Part shown: positions 1-9,082 of the stretch, piece after piece
Numbering within the stretch: the first letter of the stretch is position 1
Layout: each line of letters opens with the position of its first letter
IMG/VR virus record: IMGVR_UViG_3300032328_001047
Location: 1 to 50,367 of that record
DNA from: a virus
Lineage: Duplodnaviria > Caudoviricetes
Length of the DNA stretch: 50,367 nucleotides
Strand: one strand, 5' to 3'
Made by a program: the position numbers and the translations under genes
The notes under the pieces: model-generated
Databases searched by the model: none
Seen by the model: only the letters and a program-made list of their open reading frames with translations
What the model was told of the DNA's origin: nothing

Positions 1-144
1 ATACCACTTACAGAATTGTTGAATTTCATGTTGATACCCCATAGAGCTTAGGTCACCTGCGTGAATTAACAAATCACCGCCAGGAAGACTGGATGTTACT
101 TGTTTGTGTTTGGTGTGGGTATCAGAAATAAATGTAATTTTCAT
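1..144 (-). CDS. Metallophosphoesterase, 5' part only (runs off window)
   Basis: Manual translation from ATG at 144: MKITFISDTHTKHKQ...DLLIHAGDLS, with DxH and GD metal motifs; not in ORF track. Confidence 0.85.
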   Translation of the reverse strand, partial: MKITFISDTHTKHKQVTSSLPGGDLLIHAGDLSSMGYQHEIQQFCKWY

Positions 145-264
145 AACACTACAAAGGTAATAAAAATTATTAAAATTACCAACCTTTAACTATATGTTTA
201 ATTAAATAATATATTACAAATGGGGTTAATAGAATAAGCTCGATTAAAAGTGACAGACGTTTCA

Positions 265-807
265 TTAGTAAGAAACCCATTTCGCTTTGTAGTTTTTGTT
301 TGAAACACAGTATCTTGCGTAATCATTCACAATTGCTAAACCTGTGTTATATCCACCACAAGCGGTTGTCCAGTCACCAGTACAGTTATATCGGGTTCTT
401 AGCATTTTCATACTAATCATAACGTTAAGGTCAATATTGGTTCTTAGTTCTTTTTCGGTAATACGTCTTTCCGCGTATTGGTGTGCCCATCTTGTAATAA
501 TTTGCATCGGACCTTGAGCACCAGCATAAGAAGTTAATTTACCGTGATAATCCCAATCAAAAGGACCTTGATATCTTGTTTCAAGATATGCCACGTTATA
601 CGCGATGTATTTTGGAACCCTGTACACCTTTGAATACTTTTCAATTGAAGTGTACATTTGGAGACAGTAGGGTGAGTTAGGTTTCCCACCCATATCTTCA
701 AGTTTGTATTCGGGTTTTTCTTTAAATAAATTGAACAGGTTCAGGGTTGCAATTAAAATCGCTACGCTAAATAGAAAGTAGAGAAACTTAACACTTTTAT
801 TGACCAT
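265..807 (-). CDS. Lytic transglycosylase (SLT-like) with N-terminal membrane anchor
   Basis: AYLET catalytic Glu, SxAGAQGPMQI and GGYNTG motifs; hydrophobic N-terminus. Confidence 0.8.
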   Translation of the reverse strand: MVNKSVKFLYFLFSVAILIATLNLFNLFKEKPEYKLEDMGGKPNSPYCLQMYTSIEKYSKVYRVPKYIAYNVAYLETRYQGPFDWDYHGKLTSYAGAQGPMQIITRWAHQYAERRITEKELRTNIDLNVMISMKMLRTRYNCTGDWTTACGGYNTGLAIVNDYARYCVSNKNYKAKWVSY

Positions 808-1135
808 TAGTAGTATTTTGAGTTTTAGGATTTGCGGCTTGTCCCCAAATGTTCTTTGCGTACAAGTTAAAAATCATGTAACCAACAGAATCTTGATAAA
901 CGGTGTAAACACCATCTTTTTTGTGAATGATTAAAAGATGATTACTTTCATCAATAGCAAGTTTTACTTCATTTCTTTTTACTGAAATGGGTTGGTTTCG
1001 TTTAAAGCTGTTTTTAATGAAGTCGTAGTAATATCCAATTGATATTCCTGCTCCCAAACTAATTAGGATGATTGTGTACAGGGATACTTGTTTTACGACT
1101 TGTTTGATTTTTTCTTTAATTTTTTCCATATTCAT
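797..1135 (-). CDS. Single-pass membrane protein, unknown function
   Basis: Hydrophobic stretch LYTIILISLGAGISIGY; overlaps start of SLT gene. Confidence 0.7.
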   Translation of the reverse strand: MNMEKIKEKIKQVVKQVSLYTIILISLGAGISIGYYYDFIKNSFKRNQPISVKRNEVKLAIDESNHLLIIHKKDGVYTVYQDSVGYMIFNLYAKNIWGQAANPKTQNTTNGQ

Positions 1136-1206
1136 AGTTTAAACCTTTTTTCTTATAAAGTCAAAGGTACAACTAATTTCCAAATATGGTGCCGTAAATT
1201 AAAAAA

Positions 1207-1806
1207 TTACTTTAAAGTAGTTTTTGGACCTTTTGTAACCACATATTTTGTATAATCGGTTGACGATGGTTTTTCGTTTTTGAAGTAATAAATGGTTGTT
1301 TTACCATTTACAGTTATGTATTTGTAAAATCCATCAGGAATAGTTGCACCTGACGTTAATTTAATTGATGTGGTACTATATACCATTAATATTGATACTT
1401 TAACATTACCAGTTGATGATAATTGTCTTTCATGCGCTTCAAGTAATCTCCATGCACCTCTATTCAAATCCTGATGTTGTAACACGCAATTTAAATAACT
1501 AAATGTCGACAACAACATCTCACGGGTACAATTAAAATCTGCCGCTGGTGCACAATGTCCCTTATCGTAAACATTATTTGTGTAGTCATCATTATCTGAT
1601 GTGTGGATTGAATCGTTGGTAAAAAAATCCATTCCTGTTCTTTTTGCAGTCCCATTTGGACACATTACAGTATACTGAACTTCTAAAGGTTGTTCTAATT
1701 TTTCTGAGTAATATCCTTGAAAGATGTCATTTTTGAAATAAACCTTTTCTCTGATTGGAGCGAAGGATAATAGAGGTAGTAATAATAATAATGCGAATTT
1801 TTTCAT
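1207..1806 (-). CDS. DNA/RNA non-specific endonuclease (NucA/EndA family), secreted
   Basis: DKGHCAP (DRGH-type) motif, LNRGAWRLLE; signal peptide MKKFALLLLLPLLSFA. Confidence 0.85.
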   Translation of the reverse strand: MKKFALLLLLPLLSFAPIREKVYFKNDIFQGYYSEKLEQPLEVQYTVMCPNGTAKRTGMDFFTNDSIHTSDNDDYTNNVYDKGHCAPAADFNCTREMLLSTFSYLNCVLQHQDLNRGAWRLLEAHERQLSSTGNVKVSILMVYSTTSIKLTSGATIPDGFYKYITVNGKTTIYYFKNEKPSSTDYTKYVVTKGPKTTLK

Positions 1807-1828
1807 ATTAATAATTATATCAAACCTA

Positions 1829-2254
1829 TTAAATGATTCTGTCGGTTACTTCAAGACTACCTTCAATGATTTGATTAATTCTATTTTTTGCTCTGTCACT
1901 AATTGGAATTGGATTACCTTCATCATCAATCCTTACAAAGGTAATTTGTGTGTGTAAGATGACAGTTTGTTTTCCCGTGTACACACTATGCGACCTTGCT
2001 TCTAAATAAAGTGTAATAGATGTGTTCCCAACTTTAAGTGGTTTACCATATATTTTTAATAGCTGACCTTCTTTACCAGGTTTAATAAACCTACATTCAT
2101 CTAACGCAATTGTAACCAATCTTGGTGAATCACAAAGTTGCATTGATAAACCTGATGCTGCAGAATCCACCCAAGCGAGTATTTTGCCCCCAAATAAATT
2201 TCCGTGAAAACCCAAATCAGATTTTTTAATTGGGTGTGTGTTCAATAATTCCAT
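1829..2254 (-). CDS. Acyl-CoA thioesterase (hotdog fold)
   Basis: DLGFHGNLFGGKILAWVD and TFVRID motifs; start adjusted to ATG 2254. Confidence 0.85.
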   Translation of the reverse strand: MELLNTHPIKKSDLGFHGNLFGGKILAWVDSAASGLSMQLCDSPRLVTIALDECRFIKPGKEGQLLKIYGKPLKVGNTSITLYLEARSHSVYTGKQTVILHTQITFVRIDDEGNPIPISDRAKNRINQIIEGSLEVTDRII

Positions 2255-2302
2255 ACAATAAAAATAGAAATATATTATCATTAATCAAGATATTTATTAT
2301 AA

Positions 2303-2746
2303 ATGGACATACGTTTTAGAGAAAGAGAAGAATTAGATAAAGTAATGCCTGAAATATTAAAGGAGACAAAACCTTGCTTAAAATTTATATCTGAAGAAGA
2401 AAATGAATTACCAATTTATTTTCCAGGGTCAGTATACTATGATTCAGATTCAGGACCTCTTCCTTTGGGAAAAATGAACGTAATATTAACACCATTACAT
2501 TTTAAACCAATGATTTCAACAGGTGACTGGGTACCAATTTTACAATTTAAAGTTACAATATCAGACATGGAATTTTTTAACGAGGACTTTAAAAAAATTT
2601 TTGAAATGTACATATCAAAAGATTCTAAAAGATTGGAGTATACTCATTTTTTAAAAGTGATTAATAAAAAAATTGATGATTATTTTCGATATTGCAATAT
2701 GAGAAATTTTTCATATAATATACATGAAATAGAATGGAAAGATTAA
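2303..2746 (+). CDS. Hypothetical protein
   Basis: 147-aa ORF directly after TATTTAT motif. Confidence 0.65.
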   Translation: MDIRFREREELDKVMPEILKETKPCLKFISEEENELPIYFPGSVYYDSDSGPLPLGKMNVILTPLHFKPMISTGDWVPILQFKVTISDMEFFNEDFKKIFEMYISKDSKRLEYTHFLKVINKKIDDYFRYCNMRNFSYNIHEIEWKD

Positions 2747-3333
2747 TAGAAAGTATTGATTCCGATACTAGAATGATAGTAAAGGATATTGTTAAAATTA
2801 TTAAAAGTGGTGATGAAGGTAGTTGGGAATTACCATCAGACATTAGTGATGCGGAATATTATCCATATGACATTACCGTATTTTTTGATTGGAATTTCAG
2901 TTGGAAAGAAAGTGGCCAAAAATACTTTATTGATGGTGACTACGATGATGATACTGAAAGTATGCAAGTGGTTGTATTTTTGAATAAGGATTATTATCCT
3001 GAATTAATGTATGATTTGGTTGCCGATTTAAATGATATTGTTGCTCACGAATATGAACATCATAAACAATATTTGGGGTTAAGACCTGATTCTGAAATTC
3101 ACATTAAAGGGAAACAGCCAAAAAATTATAAATATTATTTACAATCCCACGAAATACCTGCGGTTTTACAAGGATTCAGAAGAGTGATGAAATTAAGAAA
3201 AATTGGTATTGAAAATGTTATTGATGGTTGGTTACAAAGAAATATAACAAATAAGGATATGAGTGAAAAAGACCAATCAAAATTAAAACAAGAACTTGTA
3301 AAACAATACGAATTAAGATATGGTAAAAAGTGA
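2734..3333 (+). CDS. HExxH zinc-metallopeptidase-like protein
   Basis: AHEYEHHKQ plus downstream YYLQSHEIPA. Confidence 0.6.
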   Translation: MERLIESIDSDTRMIVKDIVKIIKSGDEGSWELPSDISDAEYYPYDITVFFDWNFSWKESGQKYFIDGDYDDDTESMQVVVFLNKDYYPELMYDLVADLNDIVAHEYEHHKQYLGLRPDSEIHIKGKQPKNYKYYLQSHEIPAVLQGFRRVMKLRKIGIENVIDGWLQRNITNKDMSEKDQSKLKQELVKQYELRYGKK

Positions 3334-3610
3334 ACTTGAAAAGTTGTCATTAGTTGAACTTAAAAATTTGTGTAAAAAGGAAGGTTTAAATTTTGATAAA
3401 TCACAAAAAGACCTTATTTTTGCTTTAGACGAATATTTTAAACCGATGAGAATTAAACCAACGACAACAAAATCAGTTAAGTATAAGACAAAGGCAATTA
3501 AACTTGAGGATAGCCAAGCGTTAACTGAAATGGGTAAATTAGTTGAAAAAAAACTTGCTCGAAGAACATATTACGCTAATGGTAATATTCATTTTGAAAT
3601 TTTAGATTAA
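3320..3610 (+). CDS. Small basic protein with SAP-like N-terminus
   Basis: LEKLSLVELKNLCKKEGL...KDLIFAL pattern. Confidence 0.5.
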   Translation: MVKSELEKLSLVELKNLCKKEGLNFDKSQKDLIFALDEYFKPMRIKPTTTKSVKYKTKAIKLEDSQALTEMGKLVEKKLARRTYYANGNIHFEILD

Positions 3611-4227
3611 TTCTTGTATTTTTCAGCTAAAGAATTGAACATTCTTTTTAGTACGTGTCCACCAACAATGATTCCTGTTGCCTCTGATAAACTTTTGGCG
3701 ATTGTATCAAAATCCATATCGGAAACATTATAGGATTGTAAAAATTTTGTAAATTCACCCAATATTGGTAATAAAAACGCGTAACCCACAATATCAGTAC
3801 CTCTCCAAAAACTCGAACCAACGGCTTTTAATATTTTTGAAAATTTTGTTTTTAAACTTTCAGTAAAAGAAACCGCATCAATCAATTCATTTTGTAATCC
3901 CCTTTCTTCAACCTCGTTTTCCATCTTTAGAACATCTTTTGTTTCAAAAAATACTACCATAATTGCTGTCAATGCCAACATCTTAATATCGGTATCACTT
4001 AATCCTGAATAGTTTTCATGTAAATGTTCAATAACGTGATTTAATACAACACCAATTCCAGCACCATAGGTAACACCGAATCTAAAATTAAAATTCATAG
4101 AATTTTTAAGGTCGTTTATAACATCAACCGTATATTGTTTAAACAATTCAATTTTTTTAATAACATCGGATTTGAAATTTTCTTTCAAAATAATCCTTTG
4201 TTGTTCTTCAGTTATAATAATCTCCAT
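3607..4227 (-). CDS. Hypothetical protein (IITEEQ N-terminal motif)
   Basis: 206-aa ORF with hydrophobic helices. Confidence 0.65.
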   Translation of the reverse strand: MEIIITEEQQRIILKENFKSDVIKKIELFKQYTVDVINDLKNSMNFNFRFGVTYGAGIGVVLNHVIEHLHENYSGLSDTDIKMLALTAIMVVFFETKDVLKMENEVEERGLQNELIDAVSFTESLKTKFSKILKAVGSSFWRGTDIVGYAFLLPILGEFTKFLQSYNVSDMDFDTIAKSLSEATGIIVGGHVLKRMFNSLAEKYKN

Positions 4228-4258
4228 ATTTATATGTAAATATCTTATATTTAATAAT

Positions 4259-5911
4259 ATGTCGTTAAATCCACAATTAAAACAAGGTGATAGAGTAGTT
4301 TGTTACTACATGGAAGGTGAAACATCAAACGTTCCCATTGGTTCCACAGGTGTGGTTACCAAAATTGTTAAAGTTCCTTTTGGAATGGGAATTCAATACA
4401 GTGTTAATTGGGATAACGGTTCGACCTTAGACTTAATCCCTGAAACCGATGCTTGGGATTTTGAATCTGAAAATGTGTTAGGTGAATCTATCGAAAAATT
4501 AGTCAATGTATTAGTTGATGACGGTTTAAATCCTGATGATTTTGAAGATGAAATTATAAAGTTAAATGATGATGATATTACTGATGAATTTTTAAGGAAT
4601 ATTGACCGAAAATTATTAAAGTCGGGCGATAAAACTGAAAATGTAAAAAAATATATTGAAAAATATCTAAAATCATTAGAGGATAGAAAAGATTTAGAAT
4701 TAGAACCAAATGATGATTTTAATGCCGATGAATTTATGTATGGTTCTGAAGAACCAATTAAATCTAAAATTGGTAAAAAACAATATATAAAAGAATTAAT
4801 GCCAATGCAAGTTGAGTTATTAAAATTACAAGAAATGGTTAAGAATTCAGGAAAACCATTTGTTGTTGTTTTTGAAGGTCGTGATTCCGCAGGAAAAGGA
4901 ACAATGATTAGAACTTTAACACAATACTTGGACCCAAAATATTTTAAAGTAGTTGCTTTAGGTATTCCAACACCTGAAGAAAGAAAAGACTGGTTTAATA
5001 GATATAAAAGTCAGATGGAACCAAATAAAATAATTTTCTTTGATAGAAGTTGGTATAACAGAGGAATTGTGGAACCAGTAATGGGTTATTCATCTGAAGA
5101 TGAATATAAGGACTTCATGGAAAATGTTTACCCATTTGAAAGAAGTTTGGTAAGTGCCGGAATACCTCTATTTAAATTTTGGTTTTCAATCACACCTGAA
5201 ACACAAGAAAAAAGATTTAATCTTAGAAAGTCATCACCATTAAAGTATTGGAAATTTTCACCAAACGATGCCAAATCATTAGAAAAATGGGATGATTATA
5301 CTGAATATAAGAAAAAAGCAATATTAGCAACAAAAACAGCATCGCCTTGGTACATTATAGATACTAATGACAAAAGGGCCGGTATTTTAAATGCCTTACG
5401 TGTGATATTAAATAACACCGATTATCCTGGTAAAAACGATACACATATTGGTATGACATATCCTGAAATTGTAACAACTGTTAAAGAAGATGCGTTGCAT
5501 GAAATGACACTAACCAAAAAATCAAAATTAATTCAAGAATCAAATGAATTAGATAAGATGTTTAGTAGGGATGATGCTTATAGTAATATTGAACCAAAGG
5601 ATTGGGATACGATAAAACAATACCTTGAATTTTTAAGACAGTCAGGAATCGTCAATATGTTCCAAGCGGCATCTTTTTTATATGCACCATTAGAATGGAT
5701 TATGGACCAAGCTAAGTGGAAAGATATGGATGAGTACTCAGAAGCCGCTTTTGATAGCTTAATCGATTTACAGCCACAAGTCCAAAGTATTATGGTAAAT
5801 GCGGCAATTAAATCAATCGGAAATGATGAATTTGACGTTTCAACAATTAACAGAAAGTTAAGAAAAATTGCAACTCATGTTATTAATGATTTGTTTGAAA
5901 ACTGGTCATAA
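4259..5911 (+). CDS. ppk2: Polyphosphate kinase 2 domain fused between DUF4314-like N-terminal and DUF5049-like C-terminal domains
   Basis: FEGRDSAGKG Walker A, FDRSWYNR Walker B, WKFSPND lid; flanks GDRV...VNWDNGSTL and LRQSGIVNMF; start adjusted to ATG 4259. Confidence 0.85.
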   Translation: MSLNPQLKQGDRVVCYYMEGETSNVPIGSTGVVTKIVKVPFGMGIQYSVNWDNGSTLDLIPETDAWDFESENVLGESIEKLVNVLVDDGLNPDDFEDEIIKLNDDDITDEFLRNIDRKLLKSGDKTENVKKYIEKYLKSLEDRKDLELEPNDDFNADEFMYGSEEPIKSKIGKKQYIKELMPMQVELLKLQEMVKNSGKPFVVVFEGRDSAGKGTMIRTLTQYLDPKYFKVVALGIPTPEERKDWFNRYKSQMEPNKIIFFDRSWYNRGIVEPVMGYSSEDEYKDFMENVYPFERSLVSAGIPLFKFWFSITPETQEKRFNLRKSSPLKYWKFSPNDAKSLEKWDDYTEYKKKAILATKTASPWYIIDTNDKRAGILNALRVILNNTDYPGKNDTHIGMTYPEIVTTVKEDALHEMTLTKKSKLIQESNELDKMFSRDDAYSNIEPKDWDTIKQYLEFLRQSGIVNMFQAASFLYAPLEWIMDQAKWKDMDEYSEAAFDSLIDLQPQVQSIMVNAAIKSIGNDEFDVSTINRKLRKIATHVINDLFENWS

Positions 5912-6430
5912 AGTTTTTTTGTAGTCTTCCCATAAAAATCCATCACGGTCTTTTTCAGATAAATGAGGATTTTCTGTTATAGTTTTAACAAAATTATCAA
6001 ATTCTTTCACACTACTATATAACATTGATTTTTCATGTTGCGGTGAATATAGGGAATCCACAAAATATTGAATAACAGTATTTGGTTCCATTGTTATTAT
6101 ACCATTTGCATAACCTCTTGGTACCATAACTGAATGGTCTTTGTCAACTTCAAATATGTATGTTTTTTCAAAATCAAAATGTATTTTATCCACACACATC
6201 ACAAATTGAAATATTTTACCCGAAATAACTTTTAAGTATTTTGATTGTTCAAAAGGTTCAATTTGAAAATGTAGTCCTCTAACTGTATGAATTAAAGGAC
6301 TAATGCTCGTATTAACTTGAACCCATTGTTTATCTAAACGTTGGTCGTGTTTCATGTGTAGTGGTGATGGGCAAAAATTACCTCTATCATCACCAAAAGT
6401 TTTGTGTTCTAAAATAAATGGAAATTCCAT
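5906..6430 (-). CDS. rmlC: dTDP-4-dehydrorhamnose 3,5-epimerase
   Basis: DDRGNF, VQVNTS, VRGLHFQ, VPRGYANG, YSPQHE motifs. Confidence 0.85.
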   Translation of the reverse strand: MEFPFILEHKTFGDDRGNFCPSPLHMKHDQRLDKQWVQVNTSISPLIHTVRGLHFQIEPFEQSKYLKVISGKIFQFVMCVDKIHFDFEKTYIFEVDKDHSVMVPRGYANGIITMEPNTVIQYFVDSLYSPQHEKSMLYSSVKEFDNFVKTITENPHLSEKDRDGFLWEDYKKTL

Positions 6431-6432
6431 AA

Positions 6433-6702
6433 TTAATTAGAAAGCGGTGCTTTGATTGATGGATGTGATTGGATGTGATTGGGTGTGATTGATATCGTAT
6501 ATTTTAATGTATTTGTATTATCCATTATTCCCCACACAACTGATAATTCTTCTGAATTTATAATGGTTGGTGTTATCAAATATCCTTCCATTTTATCCAA
6601 ACTTTGTTTAACTTCAGAAACTAAATCCGAAGGGATTTTTGTTTCAATTTCCGATTTTTCGAATGTTTCAGGATTATAATAATCCGCCTTGTAATTTTCC
6701 AT
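6433..6702 (-). CDS. Hypothetical protein ending in a copy of the thymidylate synthase C-terminus
   Basis: Ends QSHPSIKAPLSN versus thyA QPHPTIKLPLSN; start set at ATG 6702. Confidence 0.6.
   Translation of the reverse strand: MENYKADYYNPETFEKSEIETKIPSDLVSEVKQSLDKMEGYLITPTIINSEELSVVWGIMDNTNTLKYTISITPNHIQSHPSIKAPLSN
6461..6490. repeat. Three tandem 10-mers (ggatgtgatt x2, gggtgtgatt)
   Basis: Read directly from sequence. Confidence 0.9.
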
Positions 6703-6712
6703 AATTTTAATT

Positions 6713-7465
6713 TTAATCTTTGTATTTGTAATTGTCAAATTTTGGTGACTTTAATCTATTTTTCATTGTTGATGTTGGTATTCCAATTTGTCTTGCACCT
6801 TCACTTAAACTTTCGTATTCAATCCCTTCAACAATAATTTTTCTCATATTACCAGGTTTATTTCCTTTCAAAGTCTCCGATATTTTTCGTTTATGTTCCT
6901 CACTTTTAAGTTTTGAGTTCAACTCTTTTAATTTTTGTATTACATCAGGTTTATGTGTTTTTCCTTTGAATGGGTTGTTTTCTTTCATCCATTTTGAATG
7001 TTTTGGATTTGGTACACCTTTTTTTCCGTTTGGTTTTCCTTTTAATGGGCTAATTTTATCTTTTTGAGGGTTCACCCAATTTGGGTCGTCTCTTTTTTTT
7101 AATTTAATAATTTTAGTCCCTTTCTTCTTATTGTGTTCGGGTGATTTCATTTTTATGCTATGTTCCAACCCAATTTCATATCTTCTCGGGTTATTACTTA
7201 TAGTGTCACCTCCATCACCGCCTAACGAAATATTGTAACCTTCACTAATAGCGTTTAATTCTTTAATCCAAAATTTTTCTCTTTCATTAAGTAACTCCAA
7301 TGTATTACAAACTTCTAAAGTTTCTTTTTTGAAGTTCTCAATCCCGTATTTTTTAATTGCCAGTTTTAACCTTTTACCTGAACCGTAATAGTTAGGATTA
7401 TTGTGTATGTCTTTACCCACATAAAATTTTTGGTTAATTAAATTTGTTGTCCTATAAATAATCAT
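6713..7465 (-). mobile_element. Free-standing GIY-YIG homing endonuclease with NUMOD-like DNA-binding repeats
   Basis: IIYRTTNLINQKFYVGK, YYGSG, LNEREKFWI, GYNISLGGDGG; NPFKGKTH and YESLSEGARQIGI. Confidence 0.9.
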
Positions 7466-7493
7466 ATGGTATTACCTCCTTACCATATAAATA
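7464..7493 (-). promoter_or_regulatory. Late-type promoter motif overlapping an 8-bp hairpin over the SD and start codon of the GIY-YIG gene
   Basis: Minus strand: TATTT-ATATGGTA-AGGAGGTAA-TACCATAT-G. Confidence 0.65.
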
Positions 7494-7511
7494 TCACCTA
7501 ATTCATAAAAG

Positions 7512-8597
7512 TTAATTAGAAAGTGGTAATTTTATTGTTGGGTGTGGTTGATACCCATCAAGTTTAATATCATCCAAAGTATATTCCGAAATATCATTAA
7601 CAACTCTATCAGATAATTTTACAACAGGTAATTCGTATGGTTTTCTTGTTAATTGTTCTTTAATTGGGTCAAGATGATTAAGATATAAATGAACGTCTCC
7701 ACCACTATAAATCAATTCGTTAGGAACCATATTAACTTGTTTAGCAATCATCATCAATAATAATCCGTATGACGCTAAATTGAATCCGAGTCCAAGTCCA
7801 ACATCTGTACTTCTCATATTAAACATTAGAGAAATTGCTCGTGTTGGTATGTTTGCATCATCTAATTGTTTAATAGAAGGTTTTGTTAATTTTCTACAAT
7901 CAAACCCATATTGTTCTTTAATATCATGTCTTTCTAACTCACTCAACTCTCTTGTATAAACTTGAAATCCATAATGACAAGGTGGTAACACCATAGTACC
8001 CAGTTCCCCAACATTGTAAGCATTAACCATTAAACGTCTTGAGTCTGGGTTTGTTTTAAGGTCGTTGATTAGGTTTTGGATTTGGTCTATTGATTCAGAT
8101 GATTTATACCATTCATTATGTTCTATACTTTCATCTTCAAATTTAGTCCAACTTCTCCATTGAGCCCCGTAAATTGGACCGAGTTCACCCCACTTCTTAG
8201 CAAACTCATCATCTGTTTTGATTTTGTTGATGAATTCTTCTTTTGATTCTTTACTACTTAGTAATTGTTCAATCGCTCTTTGTTTTACTTCTAATGGTTC
8301 AACTTTAATTGTTTCATTTAAGAATCTCTTATAAGCATCACCATCCCAAATATGACAATCGTTATCAACTAAATACTTAATATTTGTATCTCCTTTTAAG
8401 AACCAAAGTAACTCAGTCACCATAGTTTTCCAAGCCATTTTCTTGGTTGTAAGTAAAGGAAAGCCATCTGACATTTTATGCCTGATGGTATAACCAAATA
8501 TTGATTTGGTGCCTGTGCCGGTCCTGTCTTTCTTTTCTACTCCGTAGTCAATAATGTCCTGAAGTAATTGCTGATATTGCTTATCGAGTTTGTTCAT
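7512..8597 (-). CDS. thyA: Thymidylate synthase
   Basis: DRTGTGT, FPLLTTKK, ELLWFL, LGPIYGAQWR, SRRL, LPPCH, RSTD, GDVHLYLNH. Confidence 0.97.
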   Translation of the reverse strand: MNKLDKQYQQLLQDIIDYGVEKKDRTGTGTKSIFGYTIRHKMSDGFPLLTTKKMAWKTMVTELLWFLKGDTNIKYLVDNDCHIWDGDAYKRFLNETIKVEPLEVKQRAIEQLLSSKESKEEFINKIKTDDEFAKKWGELGPIYGAQWRSWTKFEDESIEHNEWYKSSESIDQIQNLINDLKTNPDSRRLMVNAYNVGELGTMVLPPCHYGFQVYTRELSELERHDIKEQYGFDCRKLTKPSIKQLDDANIPTRAISLMFNMRSTDVGLGLGFNLASYGLLLMMIAKQVNMVPNELIYSGGDVHLYLNHLDPIKEQLTRKPYELPVVKLSDRVVNDISEYTLDDIKLDGYQPHPTIKLPLSN

Positions 8598-8805
8598 CTT
8601 CATTTAAAAATAAGTTAATTAATTCGGAACTTTGTTTGTCATACTGTTCCTGTCTTTTGATTTCATAATCAAATCTATCATTGGTTAATTCATCTAAATC
8701 AACAATATGAAAATGTTGGGTTGGTATTGTAAATACTCTATACCCTGATGATATTTTATCTATAGTGATTCCATCAATGATGTATTTTTTATCGAGTTTG
8801 TTCAT
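8581..8805 (-). CDS. Hypothetical protein bounded by a 20-bp direct repeat
   Basis: Starts MNKLDKKY like thyA; ends DEQTR like upstream gene. Confidence 0.65.
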   Translation of the reverse strand: MNKLDKKYIIDGITIDKISSGYRVFTIPTQHFHIVDLDELTNDRFDYEIKRQEQYDKQSSELINLFLNEDEQTR

Positions 8806-8808
8806 CTT
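8581..8808. repeat. 20-bp direct repeat ttatcgagtttgttcatctt at 8581-8600 and 8789-8808
   Basis: Exact match read from sequence. Confidence 0.9.
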
Positions 8809-9028
8809 TTAATTGTTTTAAAACTATCTGTTTAATTTCTTCAATGTCCTTTTCCGTAGCATTGGTAGCGTTATAACATTCAAACTCTACTATGCTAATG
8901 CTAGAATCCATAGGGCAAAGTACATGGTAGTCTGATAACTGTTCTCCAAGCTGCTTACATGTTTCAAGATACCTGCTTCTATTTTCTTCCTCGTAAGGAA
9001 ATCTAACTATAAAAATTGGTTTACTCAT
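8789..9028 (-). CDS. Hypothetical protein
   Basis: Likely start ATG 9028 (MSKPIFIVRFP). Confidence 0.6.
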   Translation of the reverse strand: MSKPIFIVRFPYEEENRSRYLETCKQLGEQLSDYHVLCPMDSSISIVEFECYNATNATEKDIEEIKQIVLKQLKDEQTR

Positions 9029-9082
9029 ATTTTTCTTCACAAGAAGATAAGAAAAAAATAACAATATTGTCAACTATTTTTC

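Noticed and set aside
6713-8597. Group I intron in thyA
   Set aside because: thyA is continuous with a complete C-terminus; the endonuclease is free-standing and there is no space for an intron core
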